Source of the DNA: an uncultured delta proteobacterium | GTDB taxonomy: Bacteria; Desulfobacterota; Desulfuromonadia; Desulfuromonadales; BM103 | Assembly (NCBI GenBank): GCA_963715335.1 | Contig: CAVQRZ010000028.1 | Coordinates: 1 to 64,000, forward strand | Length of the DNA: 64,000 nt | Direction: 5' to 3' | Shown: positions 59,201 to 64,000 of the stretch, one piece after another | Layout of the letters: every line of letters starts with the position of its first letter | Position numbering within the stretch: position 1 is the first letter of the stretch | The notes under the pieces: model-generated | Told to the model about the DNA's origin: nothing | Database searches by the model: none | The model's input: only the letters and a program-made list of their open reading frames with translations | Program-made: the position numbers and the translations under genes

Positions 59201-62200
59201 TCAGGCCGCCAGACAACGTCGCGCATGGCCACGCAGCATTTCGACAAAATTCGCCTCCGAGTCGCCACGGTAGACCAGCGATGAGGCCAGCTCGCTGGCG
59301 AGGATCGCGTAACGGTATTTCGGCGGCAAGTTTTTGATCCGCGACCGGAAGCGCTTGGTCTCGACAAGGAATTTCGGCAGGTGCTGCTCGATGATGCCGA
59401 CGAACAGCGGGTCATTGGACAGGGCTGGGTTCTTCTGAAAATAGTCGAACAGCCGCGCATAATGGGCGTTGATCTCGCTGCTGATGGCAGCGGAGATTTC
59501 CGTATAAAGCAGGGTGTTCCCGGGTTCGGCAAAACGCCGCAGGATCAGACGTGCCTCGTCTTCGGCGCGACGTTCGAGGATTTGCAGTACATCGGCGACA
59601 TAGCGCTGCTTGTGCAGCAGGAACTCCTTGTCACTGAGCATCAGGTTGGCGATGATTTCATAGGATGAGGAAATCACGCCGCATTTGTTGGCTGAAGCGT
59701 CACGCAGGATGATCGCCCCATGCTTCTGCAATCCCACCCGTGCGGCCGGGGTTATGAACGAGTTGGCGCCTTCGACAATGACCTTTGAACTCGGCGTTCC
59801 GTCGATCTTGAGAAAGCTGTTCCAGTTGTCAGCGTCTATGGTCTCCGGGCGACCACCGGCCGGGATGAACAGGTCGGCTTCGACGATAAACGGCAACGTG
59901 TTGTAATCACGGAAGAACTCATCGGCAATGATCCAGCTTTCGACCAGACCGTCCACGGTCCGTTCCATTTTGCGGTAAAGCTGACGAAGCCCCTCAACCT
60001 GGCGTTGATTGCGATAAATGATGAAGCCGCCGATATGCAGGGCCTGCGGATCGAAGGCTTCGACGTCCGCCGTCAGCACGATCTTGTGCAGTGCCTCGCG
60101 ATCGGCTCCGAGAGGATCATAAAGGGCGCCGGTGCCGTCGACGATGAGGCGGATTTCAACCTCGGGCGAACGCTCGAGCAGCAGTCGCATGGCGTTGCCG
60201 GCGACGTCGCCGTTGGGGCCGCCGGTAAACTTGACGCTGTAGGGTTGCCGGCGAATGTCGATCCCCTGCCCGGCCATGACGATCTCTGCAAAGGTGACCA
60301 CGCCGGTCGAGGTGACGCCGAACTCCTTGTGGTTGATACCGACCTCTTTGCTGGAAATCACGCCGATCCCGAGCAGGTAGCCGCGCCGGACCGACTGGCG
60401 GGCGATCAGCTCAACCATCGAATCGTGCATGTTTTCGTCCGGACCGAGCTCGATCGGCTCATCTTCGCCATAGTAATCGACAACCCGCGGATTCCTGGCC
60501 CGGCCGTTTTCGGTGACGAAGATATCGAAAAACGCATTGATGAAGCCGAACTGGACCTTGTAAAGCCGCCGGGTCACCAGTTCCCGATCCGAGAGGTCGG
60601 CCGCGTCGAGGACCACGACCATCTTCGAACCGCCTTCGTAGATGTCCTTGTTCTTCAGGTGCTGGGTATGTGCGAGCACGTAGTTCTCACGAAAAATGGT
60701 GTTGGAGATGGTGATAAAATCATCCCAGCCCTGGCTCATGACCGTCCGCCAGCCACCACGGGCGATGTCGGAGAAGCCGATATGGTAGCCGGCACCATGG
60801 CGGGCATAAAAATAAGTGACCCGGAACGGTCGTTCCGGCGGCAGGTCGGCGGTAAAATCGGGACCGAGCCGGTCGAGGTAGGCGGGATCGAGACGAAACG
60901 CCAGCGCCTGCTTCTCGGCAACGAAATAGTTGGTCTTCAGGGTATGGCTGATAAACAGCAGCGCGGTGCGCAAGACCGTACGCCGAATTTCATCCAGGTA
61001 GCGATGGCCGGTGTTGTAGGCATCAATTGCCGCCGATACGTCGTTGAGCAGAACCTGGCAGCGGTCTGCGCGGTCCTTGAGCAGCGGATCAAATCGGGCA
61101 TGGAACAGCTGAATCAGCTGCAGCGCAATGTCCGGGTGCACGGTAAACGAGTACATGACATCTGCATAACCAAAACGGTCCGGCTGATTGTGCGCCAGGT
61201 TGGTGTGGCAGAAGGTCGCCATGGCGTTGACCAGTGCCGCTTCCGGTCCGGTCACCAGTCCCCGACCTAGCAGCTTGCGGTAGGGGGCGGAAGCGGTGCC
61301 GAGAACCTGAGTGTTGTAGAGTTCGGACTGCAGCCGCAGGTAGAGCTCGGAGCCCTTGTCGAGCAGGGCGGCCTCACGGCTGCGAATATAAAAAGTGCCG
61401 AGGAAATAGGGCAACTGGCCGTTGCTGATAGTCAGGCAGTAAGCCCGGCGGACGCCGAGGCCCAGGCGGTTGAACAGCTCCATGATCTGGGTCAGGAAAT
61501 CAATCTGCGGCGGGTTGGCGGCCGCAAACATGACCCGGTATTCCGGTTCTCCGTCGACGGCCAGTTCGGTGGCAGGCTCGATGTCGAAATATATTCCTCC
61601 CAGCAGGTCGCTCTGCTGGTACATCCAGAGGACCTGGGCGACCCGTTTGGCTGGCGAAACCCGTACATAGTGCTCGTTGTTGAGCCAGAGGATCTGCAGT
61701 AGGGGGCTGAAACTACTGAAGTCGAACTGCGGGTAGAAGGTCTTGAGCGCGGTGCGAATTTCCGTGCGGACCCGCAGGGGGATCGTTACGTTGCCGGCTT
61801 CGCTGATCTGCTTGTGGTCTTTGCGGTCGAATTCAAACCGCTGAACTTCGATACCGGTCTCCAGGCCAGGAGGAACACTGCTCGACTGGGTGAACTGGGC
61901 GTAAGAGATATCCCGCTCCGGCAGCTTGGCCATGGTCCGGTAGAGAGATCCCGGACGATTCTGGGTTGCCACCACCAGCCGCTTGTCGCGCTCGGCGAGG
62001 ATCAGGCGATCGACGTTGGCGAGGTTCTGCAGGCGAATTGCCAGGGCCGCTATCGCCTCCGGCTCGTCCTGCATGGTGATGGAAAAATAAGGGTGCATCT
62101 GTTCCAGCAACCAGGTGAGGTTGCCGGCGGCGCGGCCGCAGCTGCTGCCGATTTCACGCAGTACGCCATCGGCCAGGCGTTGCTTGGCACTTTCAACCAT
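59201..62200 (-). CDS. Large NAD-specific glutamate dehydrogenase
   Basis: FSDIARGGWR, QHLKNKDIYEGGSK, LGPDE, GGPNGDVAGN, PAGGRP, VEGAN, ANKCGVISSSYE. Confidence 0.88.
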   Translation of the reverse strand: MVESAKQRLADGVLREIGSSCGRAAGNLTWLLEQMHPYFSITMQDEPEAIAALAIRLQNLANVDRLILAERDKRLVVATQNRPGSLYRTMAKLPERDISYAQFTQSSSVPPGLETGIEVQRFEFDRKDHKQISEAGNVTIPLRVRTEIRTALKTFYPQFDFSSFSPLLQILWLNNEHYVRVSPAKRVAQVLWMYQQSDLLGGIYFDIEPATELAVDGEPEYRVMFAAANPPQIDFLTQIMELFNRLGLGVRRAYCLTISNGQLPYFLGTFYIRSREAALLDKGSELYLRLQSELYNTQVLGTASAPYRKLLGRGLVTGPEAALVNAMATFCHTNLAHNQPDRFGYADVMYSFTVHPDIALQLIQLFHARFDPLLKDRADRCQVLLNDVSAAIDAYNTGHRYLDEIRRTVLRTALLFISHTLKTNYFVAEKQALAFRLDPAYLDRLGPDFTADLPPERPFRVTYFYARHGAGYHIGFSDIARGGWRTVMSQGWDDFITISNTIFRENYVLAHTQHLKNKDIYEGGSKMVVVLDAADLSDRELVTRRLYKVQFGFINAFFDIFVTENGRARNPRVVDYYGEDEPIELGPDENMHDSMVELIARQSVRRGYLLGIGVISSKEVGINHKEFGVTSTGVVTFAEIVMAGQGIDIRRQPYSVKFTGGPNGDVAGNAMRLLLERSPEVEIRLIVDGTGALYDPLGADREALHKIVLTADVEAFDPQALHIGGFIIYRNQRQVEGLRQLYRKMERTVDGLVESWIIADEFFRDYNTLPFIVEADLFIPAGGRPETIDADNWNSFLKIDGTPSSKVIVEGANSFITPAARVGLQKHGAIILRDASANKCGVISSSYEIIANLMLSDKEFLLHKQRYVADVLQILERRAEDEARLILRRFAEPGNTLLYTEISAAISSEINAHYARLFDYFQKNPALSNDPLFVGIIEQHLPKFLVETKRFRSRIKNLPPKYRYAILASELASSLVYRGDSEANFVEMLRGHARRCLAA

Positions 62201-62217
62201 GTAGACAGGGCCTCCGA

Positions 62218-62712
62218 CTATTGATTCTGATGAAGCGGCACGATCAGCATCGGCCGATGACTTTTGTTAAGCACCTTCTCCGCAACGCTGCCGAGGAAGG
62301 CGTACTTGAGCGCGCCCTTGCCGTGGCTGCCGAGTACGATCAGGTCGGCGTCGATGCGGTCGGCCATTTCAAGGATGTTGGCAACCGGGTTGCCGTGGTG
62401 GACCTCGATCTCCTTGAGTCGCTCAACGTCCTCAGGATGGTCACCGAGCTCTTGCTTGGCAAACTCGTGCAGACGCTTGCGGATCATGTCCTTGACCTCT
62501 TCCTTGTGAGCAAGCTCAAGGTCGGCGAGCTGATCCTTGCCCATCACCGTCGAGACATAATTGACCACCGCAGCCTCGACGTCAGGCAGCACATGCAGCA
62601 GGTGGATGTCGGCCCGGTATTTGCGTGCCAGGCTGACTGCGTGGCGAAACGCCTGTGCCGCATTGACCGACAGGTCGGTCGCATAAACGATTTTCTTGTA
62701 TTCAGCGATCAT
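62218..62712 (-). CDS. Universal stress protein
   Basis: KIVYATDLS, ADLIVLGSHG, FLGSVAEKV. Confidence 0.93.
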   Translation of the reverse strand: MIAEYKKIVYATDLSVNAAQAFRHAVSLARKYRADIHLLHVLPDVEAAVVNYVSTVMGKDQLADLELAHKEEVKDMIRKRLHEFAKQELGDHPEDVERLKEIEVHHGNPVANILEMADRIDADLIVLGSHGKGALKYAFLGSVAEKVLNKSHRPMLIVPLHQNQ

Positions 62713-62721
62713 TTAATCCTC

Positions 62722-64000
62722 CTAGGCCACGGCCGGCTGAGCTTTTTTCGTGCGCAATTTCTGCAACAGGTAGAGGCCGACAAAGCATCCGCCTCCGATC
62801 ATATAGGCGAGGTGATGTTCCTGCACCCCGATCAGCCCGGCAAAGAAACGGGGGCGGAACATGAAACCACAGACCAGGACGAGACCGATCAGTTCGTACC
62901 AGCGGTTCTTGGCGATGAACCAACCCTGGGTCGCTGCGGCGAAGGCGCAGGTACCGATACAGGTCATGATAAAAATAAACACTGCTTCGAAAAAATTGTT
63001 GATGCCGATCAGCAGGATGTCGGTGTTGAAGATGAACATGAATGGCAGGGCTGCGGTGCGCATGTCATAGAGAAAGCCCTGGACCCCGGTCGGGATCGGA
63101 TCACTTTTGGCAATCGCCGCAGCAGCATAGGCCGCCAGCCCCACCGGTGGGGTGTCGTCGGCCAGGATGCCGAAATAAAAGCAATAGAGATGCGCCGCGA
63201 TCAACGGTACGGCAAAGCCGTTCAGGTCGGCCAGAGTCACCAGGGCCGGTGCGGTCAGGCTGGCCATGACGATGTAATTGGCGGTGGTCGGCAACCCCAT
63301 GCCGAGAATCAGGCTACAGATGGCGACGATGAAGAGCATCATGTAGAGATTGCCCATGCTCAGTGTGTCGATGATATCTGTGACCAGGCCGCCAAGGCCC
63401 ATGGTCACAACCCCGACCACTATTCCGGCCGCCGCGGTTGCCACCCCGACGCTGACCATGTTGCGTGCCCCGGCCACCATCCCATGATAGATATCGGCGA
63501 TCCCCTTCAAAAAGCCGGCACTTACCGAGTGGCCTTCACGGCGAGCCCGAATGGCGTGCTGGAAAAACATCAGGACCAGCAGCACCATGGTCGCGCGGAA
63601 CGCAGCCATATCCGGAGAATGGCGGGGGATGATCAGTTCGTAGAGCAGGTAGAGGATCGGCACCAGGTAATGAAAGCCGTTGAACAACACCTTGAAAAAT
63701 ATCGGCAGCTCCGCCTTGGGCAGGCCACGCATCCCGAGTTTGCTGGCCTCGATATGGGTCACGAAGAAGAGTGCCACGTAGGACGCGAAGGCCGGGACAG
63801 CCGCCGCCTTGCAGACCTCCAGGTAGGGCAGGTTGACGTATTCGGCGATGATGAAGGCTGCGGCCCCCATGACCGGCGGCATCAACTGGCCGTTGGTGGA
63901 AACGGCTACCTCGATCGCCGCCGCCTTCTTGGCCGGGTAGCCGACTTTCTTCATCAATGGGATGGTGAAGGTCCCGGTCGTCACCACGTTGGCGATCGAC
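62722..64000 (-). CDS. TRAP transporter fused permease (4TM/12TM type), 5'-partial
   Basis: TTGTFTIPLM, GQLMPPVMGAAAF, LGMGLPTTANY, ADDTPPVGLAA; open to the window edge. Confidence 0.9.
   Translation of the reverse strand, partial: SIANVVTTGTFTIPLMKKVGYPAKKAAAIEVAVSTNGQLMPPVMGAAAFIIAEYVNLPYLEVCKAAAVPAFASYVALFFVTHIEASKLGMRGLPKAELPIFFKVLFNGFHYLVPILYLLYELIIPRHSPDMAAFRATMVLLVLMFFQHAIRARREGHSVSAGFLKGIADIYHGMVAGARNMVSVGVATAAAGIVVGVVTMGLGGLVTDIIDTLSMGNLYMMLFIVAICSLILGMGLPTTANYIVMASLTAPALVTLADLNGFAVPLIAAHLYCFYFGILADDTPPVGLAAYAAAAIAKSDPIPTGVQGFLYDMRTAALPFMFIFNTDILLIGINNFFEAVFIFIMTCIGTCAFAAATQGWFIAKNRWYELIGLVLVCGFMFRPRFFAGLIGVQEHHLAYMIGGGCFVGLYLLQKLRTKKAQPAVA

Overview
64 kb of bacterial chromosome whose gene content and order point to a Desulfuromonadia (Geobacter/Desulfuromonas-like) organism; this is inference from gene order, not a database result. 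The right half (29-64 kb, all minus strand) is housekeeping: TRAP permease-USP-NAD-GDH-aminotransferase, adh, larB-larC-pgpA-cinA-HK-thpR-recA-pilT-recX-alaS-hybrid kinase, and hslVU-argBDF-RDD-argG-NUDIX-nitrilase-like-argH-lipoprotein-dapA-dapB-dapL. The left half (1-29 kb) is a patchwork of accessory genes, remnants and non-coding elements. Most notable: (1) a three-gene unit of a putative arrest-peptide leader ending in PRPP, an orphan secF and a TatC paralog lacking the twin-arginine recognition residues; (2) three dispersed copies of an unannotated element with anti-Shine-Dalgarno CCTCC motifs and a CCCCACAG/CTGTGGGG terminator, two of which carry antisense 24-codon ORFs that align without gaps; (3) a c-di-GMP-I riboswitch with a terminator upstream of a degenerate NUDIX gene; (4) heptamer-repeat hairpins at six arg/dap gene junctions; (5) a MITE-like element and several frameshifted or truncated genes. 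No rRNA, tRNA, CRISPR array, transposase or integrase was recognised. All calls are from reading the sequence and ORF track by eye.
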